Source: Octopus vulgaris (taxonomy: Eukaryota). Taken from it: DNA of 64,000 nt. Position 1 is the first letter of the stretch; the number at the start of each line of letters is the position of its first letter. Of the stretch, positions 53,314 through 64,000 are shown piece by piece. Below the pieces are notes generated by a model. The model was not told the DNA's origin and did not search any database. It worked only from the letters and a program-made list of their open reading frames with translations. The stretch lies in assembly GCA_951406725.2 (NCBI GenBank), contig OX597817.1, positions 28,210,001 to 28,274,000 of the forward strand, written 5' to 3'. The translations under genes were made by a program, and so were the position numbers.

Positions 53314-53678
53314 CTCTCTCTCCCTCTCTCTTTCTCTTATCCTCCTTCCTTTCTATCTACTGCCCACACGTGACCCGTGACTAATTCTCCCATCTCTGCT
53401 TTTTCGTTACCGGACGCTTAGCCTGCCGGTCAACATTTTCTTCTGTCTTAAAGGCGTTACCCATCATTCTCGTGTTTCTCTACCGTTTCAAATCACATTT
53501 GTTTACTTTCGTACGTCCACCCTTACGGGTGGAACCGATATACGGAAGTTCGCAGTGTTATCGTTAAAGGCACGAAACTGAGTATTAGTATTTTTGGTCG
53601 ATAAATGATGAAGAATTGGGGTCCTTCTGCGTCTGTCCTACGCGTAAGCTTTGTAGAATTTAATGCATTTTTCATTTA

Positions 53679-53726
<48 letters not shown>

Positions 53727-53930
53727 TAAATAAGTAGATATTAACAAGTGAAACCATTGGTACGTAGGTAATCGTTTTTTATTTCGTATATCTTCATTTG
53801 TCTTGCTCACTTTTACATTTTAGCGTTTCGCCGAGATTTTTCTTGAGAACACATTCTTCGTGGTAATGGCGGTTTGACGTCTATGTTTAGCATATTAGGT
53901 GTCCACTTTAGTGGTCATTCCACTTAATTT

Positions 53931-53976
<46 letters not shown>

Positions 53977-54103
53977 TCAGTCTGTATCCACTTTAAAGTA
54001 GATGTTTTGTTAACGCAGTATTCAGTGTTCTAACAAAACATCCACATTAGGTTGGATATAAAGATTGCTTTTTAGAATTGATACTGCTCCCGTTGCTATT
54101 TAT

Positions 54104-54142
<39 letters not shown>

Positions 54143-54218
54143 ATACATATGAAAAAACAAGTCGGAATGTTTTTTCATATATATCAACTCGTGTGTTCCT
54201 TTTCATCCTTATACGTAT

Positions 54219-54278
<60 letters not shown>

Positions 54279-54464
54279 GAGTATTATAAATTTTGTAGGT
54301 AAAATATTTTTTCTGGGAACGAATTACAATTTATAGCTTTGCTTCTATGGGAAATTATTGCTCTGCTTTACGAACAGTCTCCGGAAGAAATTAACTAGTA
54401 CACTGAGGCATTACTGTATATGTAGTCGGGAAAGAAGGGACTCTTCGTGACCCGTAATAATACC

Positions 54465-54696
54465 TATTTCTTTACTACCCTCAAGGGGCTAAACACAGAG
54501 AGGACAAACAAGGACAGACAAACGTATTAAGTCGATTACATCGACCCCAGTGTGTAACTGGTACTTATTTAATCGACGCTGAAATGATGAAAGGCAAAGT
54601 AAACCTCGGCGGAATTTGAACTCAGAACGTAAAAACAGACGAAATACCGCTAAGCATTTCGCCCGGCGTGCTAACGTTTCTGCCAGCTCGCCGCCT
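54465..54696 (-). mobile_element. SINE family A
   Basis: Full length; TSD TGACCCGTAATAATACC. Confidence 0.93.
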
Positions 54697-54738
54697 TGAC
54701 CCGTAATAATACCACCGAAATGGGTGAGAAGGAAAAAA

Positions 54739-54824
54739 GATATCCTGAAGCCAGAAGCCAGATTTGAATGACTTCACCTACCCTGTTGTAGTGATTCGAG
54801 TCTGGTTTCTGGCTTCAGGATATC
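54739..54824. repeat. 86-bp hairpin, 38-bp arms
   Basis: GATATCCTGAAGCCAGAAGCCAGATTTGAATGACTTCA / TGTAGTGATTCGAGTCTGGTTTCTGGCTTCAGGATATC. Confidence 0.9.
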
Positions 54825-56170
54825 CAAATGCCTCACCCGGGCTAAATACATATATAGTATATTACAAGAGATCACAATAAAATCGTCCAAGGAATCAGGC
54901 CCATCCTTCTTACAGTCCGCTAATCCACCGCTCTAGACTAGAACTTTTTTTATCGAGCCCGAAATGATGAAAAGCAAAGTCGACCTCGGAGTGATGTGAA
55001 CACACAGGGAACGGTAATTTGAAATAAATGCGGTAAAGTTTTCTATTCGACTCCCTAACGATTCCGCTAATTCGCCATCTTGATACACAGTTGTCCGTTC
55101 TGTCGTTTTCTGGTGGGTGTGGACACAAACAAAGCAATATTTCTTTGTGGTGGGCCAACATCGTTCGGTCATTATATTCATGGATATTTAAGCTCTTTAG
55201 TATTTAACGATAAACAAAATCTAGTTACGTATTTTGTATTAGTTCGAGTGGTGTCCTCATATTGATTGTCGCTTTCACTGTTTCAGCTGTGTACGCTCCA
55301 GTCTTCTTTAGGTGTCTTGTAATTGACCATAGCGCCTTGCTTGGGATTGACATAAGACATCAATGAAGGTTTAAAAACGTTAAAAATTCACTGTGACACT
55401 GACTACGGGCACAGTGTAGTGGATAAAGACGCTAGTTAAGGCAGTGCAGCCATCAAAAGGTTCAATCTCAGGCAAGGCACAAATGTTAATCACATGACGC
55501 CCGAAGAAACCTGGCACGTACACATCCCAAACGTAGTAAAAACAACAACCAAAGTGAGATCACCACTCTGACTAATATATAAAGTTCCTCAGAAAACCCT
55601 TTTTATATTCTTTTCATTGCTTGGTGAGAAGAGGACAAGCAACACCCATAATTTTCATTGCGGGTCCTCCAAATACATGGAGCTATTCTGAAATCGAAGG
55701 CTTTCTACGAATAATTAATAACTGTATTACCACCTAGTGTAATGGATTAATTTATCCTACAGATACCCATGTGATGGATTAATTCAACCGCCCAAACTAT
55801 AGTAGGCCGAGTGACCGTAGGCGTTGGAAGAAATGCAGCGTTAAAAGTCCGTACCGTTTCACAAGACATTTGTGACTGCTGTACAGTGAAAATATCGATA
55901 TCGAATCGGAAGTATTTTGCTGACTCGGTATATTAGGGAAATGAACAGTTTCACGCATCGCATGAATGAGCATATATATAATTGCTCTTCGGTTTTCATT
56001 TGGTATTCATAATAATAAAAGCAAGAACTGTCTATAATTGTGCAAAGTGATGAGACGTTATGTTATCAGCTAAGCGACTTATGATGTTGTGTCTCCAGAA
56101 ATCCCAACGTTCATACAAATCACTACTGTACAGATGGAGCTGACGTTTCCTCATAAGTATTTATCAATTA

Positions 56171-56211
<41 letters not shown>

Positions 56212-56840
56212 TATATATATAATGGTATGTATGTATGTATGTATGTATGTAAGAATGGTATTAGCAATCCTTTATCCGTTTTGTCTTTGATTTTTCAGTC
56301 ACGTCATTGCGTCCAATAAATCTGCTATCTATAATTGACAGTCGAGTGGAGTAAGTCACATAAAATAAAGTGTCTACTCAAACAAAAAAGCAAATACATA
56401 GTTAATAAATAACAGGACATCAAGTTTCCTATTTCTATAGCAACAACAGACATTTCATCCGTACTGTTCGTTCACTATGTTCGGGATAGGATCTAAAGTT
56501 CATGCCTTACAGCCAAAATGACAGTACCGCTTCCATTCTTTTTCTCATTCTCAGACAAAGAGAAGGGATACAAACTCATGAGTTTTCGTATTCTTCAACA
56601 ATTCAACTCATTGCTCTCTTCTTTGAATTTGCTTAAAGAGTAATCGTTTGGGGCAGACTTGGAAACCTAACATTTGACATTCCATCAACAGTTTGCAAAA
56701 ACAGAATTCATTTAGCACTTACATATGCCAACTTATGAATATATATATATACATATAATAATAATAATAATAATAATATCAATGGGTAATCAGAAATATT
56801 AGAAATTTCCATTACTAGTGGCCTAGCGTGTAAAATTTAG

Positions 56841-57006
<166 letters not shown>

Positions 57007-57988
57007 GTTGAATACATTCTTAAGTTCACCATTTCGTCAATCGCAACAGCTTCCAAGCTTCACCATTAATTCAGTTCTCAACTAAATTGCAAACTGTTAA
57101 CAGTTGTAAAGAAGACACCTCCTCAGCTACACTTTGGCATAAATAGTTTGAGATTTGGTTCAGTAGAAAAAAAGTTACGTCAAAATACCTGCGACCTCAA
57201 GTGGGGGGGGGGGCAGCAAGGCACCTATTCACTTTCAATTAACATAAACTTTTTAATTTTAAATTAAGCGTATACCTTTCTTAAGCTTAAATGATAGAAA
57301 AATTCATGAGGAATTCAGAATCACTAGTCGCATTGAACAAAATTTAGTAGAAAAAGAGTTATGAGGTAAAATGTTACAAAATTTCCTGTCTATAAGAATG
57401 TAAGAATAAAGAATATATTTCTAAAATCAATGTCTATCTACCTAAGTGGCGAGCTAGCCGAAACGTTTGTACGCCGGGTGAAAGGCTTAACTGTACTTCG
57501 TCTGTGGTTAGGTTTTTGAGTTCAAATCTCGCCGAGCTCGACTTTGATGTACAGATTATTTCATTAACTTTTTTTTAACTAAACACTTTCAAACTTCCGA
57601 TACGTGTAGAATGTGTCACATAGAGGAGGGTTTACTCTTAAAGTTTTTGAAAAGATTTCGTATTTTAGACGCGGTATTGCATCTGTCTTTTACATTCTGA
57701 GTTCAGATTCCGTCCAGCTCGACTTTGCCTTTCATCCATTTCGGATATATTCAATTAGACGTTGAGATTATCTAATTAATTTCTTTTTTTAATTAAACAC
57801 TTCCAAACTTCCGATACTGGTAGAATGTGTTACGTAGAACAGGGTTTACTCTTAACGTAAAAAATTTTAATATTATCGCTTACATGAAAAAACTGAAATA
57901 TTATCTTTCAGTATTTTATAAGGTAACATCTTAAATTATTGACACATTATTAATTATCTTATAACAGCAACGCCTAGAAAAATCATGG

Positions 57989-58489
57989 ATTACATGGAAA
58001 AATGCGAGCATGAAAAGTAATATTCTTAAGATTATAAACCTGGAAAAGTAGAGGACAAGTTATTACAACCGTAAAAATATAGGATAAACTATTACTTCAA
58101 GTAAAGAATGAAAAACTTATTACTTAAAATATTGCAGCTAAAATTAAAATTATTTATTATAGTTTACAAATAACATTATACATATTTTAAGTAGAATTTG
58201 GCTAATTTACTACCTTAAATACAGAAAAAAATGACTAATTAGACAAACTTACAAATTAGCTGAACAGTTTTGTACAATAAATTAGAAAGATGAGAACTGT
58301 AAACAATGATAAATTAGAAGAAGTGGCATTCTTTGCTGCAATATTTTAAGTAAAATGTTTCTTATCCTTTATTATACTTGAAGTAATAGTTTGTCCTCTA
58401 CTTTTACAGGTGTAATAAGTTGTTCTGTACTTTTCCAGGTTTATAATATTAAGAATATTAATTTTCATGCTTGCATTTTTCCATGTAAT
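57989..58489. mobile_element. MITE-like element with about 115-bp inverted termini
   Basis: ATTACATGGAAAAATGCGAGCATGAAAA...ACTATTACTTCAAGTA (57989-58103) vs TACTTGAAGTAATAGT...TTTTCATGCTTGCATTTTTCCATGTAAT (58377-58489). Confidence 0.8.
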
Positions 58490-58502
58490 ATATATATGTA
58501 TG

Positions 58503-58569
<67 letters not shown>

Positions 58570-58635
58570 GTATATATATATATATATATACATATATAAA
58601 TATATAAATGTATACATATATATATATACATATAC

Positions 58636-58666
<31 letters not shown>

Positions 58667-58911
58667 AATATATAAATGTATACATATATATATATATATA
58701 TACATATACAAATATATATATATACATATACAAATATATATATATATACATATACAAATATATATATATATATACATATACAAATATATATATATATACA
58801 AATATATATATATATAAATATATATATATATACAAATATATATATACAAATATATATATATATACATATACAAATATATATATATATATAAATGTATACA
58901 TATATATATAT

Positions 58912-58960
<49 letters not shown>

Positions 58961-58985
58961 AATATAGTACAGTAAACATTGGTAC

Positions 58986-59028
<43 letters not shown>
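58490..59028. repeat. Interrupted (TA)n array
   Basis: Direct observation. Confidence 0.95.
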
Positions 59029-59030
<2 letters not shown>

Positions 59031-59604
59031 CAGTAGAGTTTCAATAATTAAAAAGCTTTGGATTGTTTTATTGTTATTTTTATTGTTCTTTTCTGAATTT
59101 ATACAAAAATGATTCTTTTTAAAAATGTTCATTAACGTAATCGTGATCTACGCCTTCAAGAATGTATGTCGGATAAATGTTATAAAAATATACATTATTA
59201 AGAAATTCGTGACTGAACAAAACCGTTAGGGAGCACGTTTGAATAGGCAAAAATTTCATACTTAAAAGTATGCATTAAGAAAGTTATGACGAAATTGAGT
59301 CGAGAAATAAGCAATGAACTGAATTTTGATTTCTATATATGCACAGCATTTTCCGGTTTGCTAGCCGAGTGGGAAGCTGTTTTGTTTTCAGTTTTTGTTG
59401 TTTTGGGATTTAGTTAAACTTAAATCGCTAAATTTCGTTGCAAGTTATTAAACTTTAGTTTCTAAGTATTAAAGAACAATCTTGTTCGTCGTAATGACCT
59501 GTTCATTGAAAATCAGAAATCGAAAGACTATGTACATATAATTATGTCTATCAACTGCTGCTGTCATACTGATAGCTTATCGAACTCGTAGGTATATATA
59601 TATA

Positions 59605-60001
59605 TCTTTATATATAAAAGTGAAGTTGTGTGTCTGTCTCCTACGATTTAGATTCCTAACTACTCCCACATTTTGCGGTGCAGTTTAACCAAAACCGGGT
59701 ATCTTATAGTCGTGATTCATATCGCGCCCTTCTGGGTATTGGCGCGTGTCTGCGATGAGCCTACGATTTTAAAAAAAATTTACCATCAATTTTTTCCATT
59801 TTAATGCATTTTTTCGCTATTACATAAGGGAAGTAACTCTCTAAAAATGTCTACGATGAGTCAACGATTTTTAAAAAAATTTACCATCATTTTTTTCCAT
59901 TTTTAATGCCTTTTTTTCCTATTTTTTGGCTATAACTCTCTAAAAATGCTTATATAGTTATTTCCCTTATAAACCCGAGCAACGCCGGGCGATACTGCTA
60001 G
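59605..60001 (+). mobile_element. Non-autonomous Helitron
   Basis: A|TC...hairpin...CTAG|T inside a TA tract; homologue of 25524-25900. Confidence 0.88.
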
Positions 60002-60299
60002 TATATATATATATATATATAATACAATTGTATGTTTGTTTGGTTGAGAATACGCATTACAAATGTACAGATATTTCCCCAGGGAGACCTTCAACACGAC
60101 TTTTTTTTTCCTTTCGTGCATTATTGAGAGAGCGGTTTAGATATGCAAATTTTGATCGATAATTGTTGAGGATTCGCAGTATTGTTTAGAGACAGTCAAA
60201 TATCAACGCTCATAGATAAAGCCGTGCGTGTGTGTGTGTATGTGTGCGCACTTCATGTGTCTACATTTACATGTTATTAACAACATTACTTCCGGAATT

Positions 60300-60682
60300 A
60301 AGGCGGCAAGCTAGTAGAAACGTTAGCACGCCGGGCGAAATGCCTAGCGGTATTTCGTCTGCCGTTACGTTCTGAGTTCAAATTCCGCCGAGGTCGACTT
60401 TGCCTTTCATCCTTTCGGGGTCGATAAATTAAGTACCAGTTACGTACTGGGGTCGATGTAATCGACTTAATCCGTTTGTCTGTCCTTGTTTGTCCTCTCT
60501 ATGTTTAGCCCTTTGTAGGTAGTAAAGAAATAGGTATGTCGTCTGTCTTTACATTCTGAGAGTAAATTCTACCGAGGTTGACTTTCATCATTTCAAGTCG
60601 ATAAAATAAATACCAGTTGAGTACTGTGGTCGATGTTATCGACCCCGAAATTGCTGGCCTCGTACCAAAATTGGAAACTAAT
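60300..60682 (+). mobile_element. SINE family A joined at GGTAT (60533) to an older related SINE body
   Basis: ATTACTTCCGG direct repeat flanks the composite. Confidence 0.85.
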
Positions 60683-61452
60683 ATTACTTCCGGTATCATT
60701 AGGGCGTTAGACAAGATGCGTTGCAGTATTTATTCCGGCTCTCGGCGTTCTGAGTCGAAATCCCACCGACGTTACTCTTCATCCCTTTGGGTTCGATAAA
60801 AGAAAGTACCTTCAAGTACTAGGGTCAATGGTATCGACCAACTCCTTTCCCAAACTTGATATTTAGGTCCTATGTAGGAAATCAATATTACTATTTATAT
60901 CGTCACAGATTACTGCAGATAAATAGAGTCAATTACTTCACCCATTTGATCGAAAGTTTCTATTAATGAGTGATCAATCTTATTGATTTTTTTGAAGTGT
61001 TGAAGGAGCAGAATATTTGGTTATATCGATTCCGACGTACAAAAAGAACTTATTTTATCGGCTCCAGGAGATTAAAGGCAAGCTGACCACGGCAGGATTT
61101 GAGCACAAAACGTAAAGCGCTGTAAATAAACACCACACGGCATTGTTACCCACGTTATAACGATTCTGCAGATTATGCTTACATATCTACATCAATGTAC
61201 TTCAGTAAGCAATTTAGGCCCTGCTACATAAGGATGATCACGTCTTGAAAACGTTTGATCATTGGTCTACTCGATCAAAGCAGTACTTTGGCTAAACAAC
61301 AACAACAACAATAAGATATGCGTATCAATTATATAATGACGACAGCATAGGCCGGTGTTAACGAAACAAATTGGACAACTTGTTTTAATTCCTTCTGCAA
61401 TCAGTCTTCTTAGTTGTTTCAGAGGCAAATAACCACCATGCTACCAGGATAT

Positions 61453-61686
61453 ATATTTCGTTATTGCCCACAATGGGCTAAACATAGAGGGGACAAACAA
61501 GGACAGGCAAAGGGATTAAGTAGATTATATCGACCCCCAGTGCGTAACTGGTACTTTATTTATCGACCCCGAAAGGATGAAAGGCAAAGTCGACCTCGGC
61601 GGAATTTGAACTTAGAACGTAACGGTAGACGAAATACGGCTACGCATTTCGCCCGGCGTACTAACGTTTCTGCCAGCTCGCCGCCC
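61453..61686 (-). mobile_element. SINE family A
   Basis: Full length; TSD CTACCAGGATATA. Confidence 0.9.
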
Positions 61687-61904
61687 TCTACCAGGATATA
61701 ATAATCATTTCTATTAAAGGCAAAAAAAAAAGAAAAAAAAGAAAAACCCAGAATTTTTTGTCAGGAGGGAGTTAATCGATTATATCATCTCCAATGCTCA
61801 CATGTTGCTTATTTTATTGAATCGAAAGGGATGAAAAGTAAAGTGGAACTTGGCAGAGTTTGAACGCAGAACATCAGGCCGGAACAGTTTGTACGGTCTT
61901 ACTC

Positions 61905-62293
61905 TTTTACCCTCTTTACTCTTTTACTTGTTTCAGTCATTTGACTGCGGCCATGCTGGAGCACCGCCTTTAGTCGAGCAAATCCAGGACTTATTCTTTG
62001 TAAACCCAGTACTTATTCTATCGGGTGCTTATGCCGAACCGCTAAGTGACGGCGACGTAAACACACCAGCATCGGTTGTCAAGCAATGCTAGGGGGACAA
62101 ACACAGACACACACATATATATATATACATATATACGACGGGCTTCTTTCAGTTTCCATCTACCAAATCCACTCACAAGGCTTTGGTTGGCCCGAGGCTA
62201 TAGTAGAAGACACTTACCCAAGATGCCACGCAGTGGGACTGAACCCGGAACCATGTGGTTGGTAAGCAAGCTACTTACCACACAGCCACTCCT
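61905..62293 (-). mobile_element. SINE family B
   Basis: Full-length reverse copy. Confidence 0.92.
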
Positions 62294-62978
62294 GCTAACG
62301 ATTCTGCTAACTCGTCGCCTTTAATAATGATATTAATTTTTAGAGCTAACTGTACAACAGAACGTAAGGCACGTGCTAACTTGCTAACGGAGAAACAAGC
62401 AAAAATTATAATACGATATTAAATTGCGTGTTTTATAAGTTCTCTTCACCAAAAATAAATAAATAGATAAATAGATAAAACAAAATGTATCTAATGGTGT
62501 CTAATGATCAGCCAACACGAGACAGCTTTGAAGCCAGTTCAAATGATGTGATGAAGAGGAAAATATGAATTAAATGCAAAACAAATTGTTTTCGTATAGG
62601 AACAAATAGAATATCAAACATTAGTTTGATCGAAATGGTTGATACCTCTGATTTGCGCTTTTTCTTTTTGGACTTTGATGCGTGGGAATGAAATTTGGTT
62701 GTTAGAAACCTTACGAAGGTATGTTATCTGACTTACGTGGGTACAGTGTTGTAGCTAAGGCGGGGTCGGCAAGGGAGCGGCTGCTCCCGCCATGCATATT
62801 TTTCAAAACTGGTACCTTTTTAGCAATATACTTTTTTTACCTTTTTAGTTCACTTGTGCGATAAAAATCGAACTCATTTTTTTTTTTTTTTTTGTAACTC
62901 TCATTATCTTGAAAGAATTTTCTGGAGTCGTTTCTTTATTTGACTAACCTCCCGAGTTTTTCAACAGTCTGCTCAATC

Positions 62979-63416
62979 GGATCTTTTTGGTTTGAACGGC
63001 AGTTTTTTCTAGCGGTGTCATATGAAATTGTCACCCATAATTATGACCCTAGTATCGATCTATTGCATTTCAATCTGTTTTAGGGTTAGAGTTAGGGTTA
63101 GTTAGGGTTAGTAGTTATGAGTGGGGGGAAGGGTATCTTTTTTTTCTTCAGTAATGTAAATAAACCGAATTTGTTTCTTAAACGAGGGACATATTCATAC
63201 AGCACAGAACGTTTTCACCTCAATAGACGTCATTGATTGGTTGAAATTGCAGAAATTGAAGAAAAAAAACAAATATCTTACAAGCTAAAGAATTTTCTCA
63301 ATAAAGCCAAGCGAAAAATATGTTTTATATGCATATTTTACCAGTATACGAAGTTTAAAAGTGCTTAGTTACGTGGAAATTATTTTTAAAAACTGCCGGT
63401 CAAACCGAAAAGATCC
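62979..63416. mobile_element. Merlin-like MITE with internal TTAGGG repeats
   Basis: 28-bp TIRs GGATCTTTTTGGTTTGAACGGCAGTTTT / AAAACTGCCGGTCAAACCGAAAAGATCC; 8-bp flanks GCTCAATC / GCTTAATC. Confidence 0.8.
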
Positions 63417-63604
63417 GCTTAATCTCCTGTGATGTGTTGGTAGCTGCTGACATCAGAAGAACCAAAACAAATCCTAACGTCATAACCTCTCGATACTGAA
63501 CGATCCCGTGAGATCTCATCTTTTTTGCGTCACACCCATATCAGTAGTTGTTAATTTTATACATAATGACATTGATAATGAAACATGAGACAAGATTATT
63601 AATT

Positions 63605-63756
63605 AATACATTATTTACATTATTTACATCTGACGGATATTTGTCCTCATCTTGTTTGTTGTTAACACAACGTTTCGACTGATATACCCGCCAGCCTTCA
63701 TCGGGTATCTTGGGGAAATTTCGAACCTGGGTTCTCATTCCTAAGATATTTTTCGA

Positions 63757-63807
<51 letters not shown>

Positions 63808-63816
63808 CATTAGTAA

Positions 63817-63847
<31 letters not shown>

Positions 63848-63919
63848 CAGGTCACTGCTTGGAATCGAACTCGGAATCTTGGGGTTAGTAGCCCGCACTC
63901 TTAACCACTACGCCATATG
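63605..63919 (-). mobile_element. tRNA-headed short element with microsatellite linker and hammerhead-like tail
   Basis: Minus: TGGCGTAGTGG (A box)...GAGTTCGATTCC (B box), (CTA)n(TAA)n linker, gatac-CCGATGA-a-ggctg...cagtc-GAAA-cg-TT-gtgtt, (AATGTAAAT)n tail. Confidence 0.75.
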
Positions 63920-63925
63920 CCCAGA

Positions 63926-63991
63926 CATATGGCGCAGCGGTTAAGAGTGCGGGCTACTAACCCCAAGATAACGATTCCAGGCAGTGACCTG
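63926..63991 (+). mobile_element. Inverted second tRNA-like head of the same element (B box partly deleted); continues to the window edge
   Basis: CATATGGCGCAGCGGTTAAGAGTGCGGGCTACTAACCCCAAGAT...CGATTCCAGGCAGTGACCTG. Confidence 0.8.
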
Positions 63992-64000
63992 AATACTACA

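Noticed and set aside
55389-55416. RSS/Transib-like heptamers CACTGTG...CACAGTG
   Set aside because: No nonamer, transposase or TSD; compatible with chance
63080-63111. True telomere or chromosome fusion site
   Set aside because: Only a few degenerate units, and they lie inside a TIR-bounded element

Overview
AT-rich animal genomic DNA, almost certainly from an octopus (coleoid cephalopod). This is inferred from the SINE families and the extreme microsatellite density, not confirmed by a search. No host protein-coding exon can be supported: the window looks intronic or intergenic, and nearly all listed ORFs are microsatellite or repeat artefacts. Content: a same-orientation nest of R4/Dong-like non-LTR retrotransposon remnants in (TAA)n tracts (1.6-9.6 kb); at least four tRNA-headed SINE families (here called A-D), often with clear TSDs; CR1, RTE and Tx1/L1 fragments; three non-autonomous Helitrons; Tc1/mariner relics, one with an intron; several MITEs/foldbacks; and at least five hammerhead-ribozyme-like motifs in Penelope-like short repeats. 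The most notable observations are a tRNA-headed, hammerhead-tailed element in head-to-head arrangement (63.6-64.0 kb), a cluster of four hammerhead motifs (33.9-36.3 kb), a Nin-domain SINE whose tail matches Tx1-like LINE 3' ends and which recurrently joins its own GGTAT site, and a Merlin-like MITE carrying TTAGGG repeats. Coordinates were read by eye, and the ends of degenerate elements are approximate.
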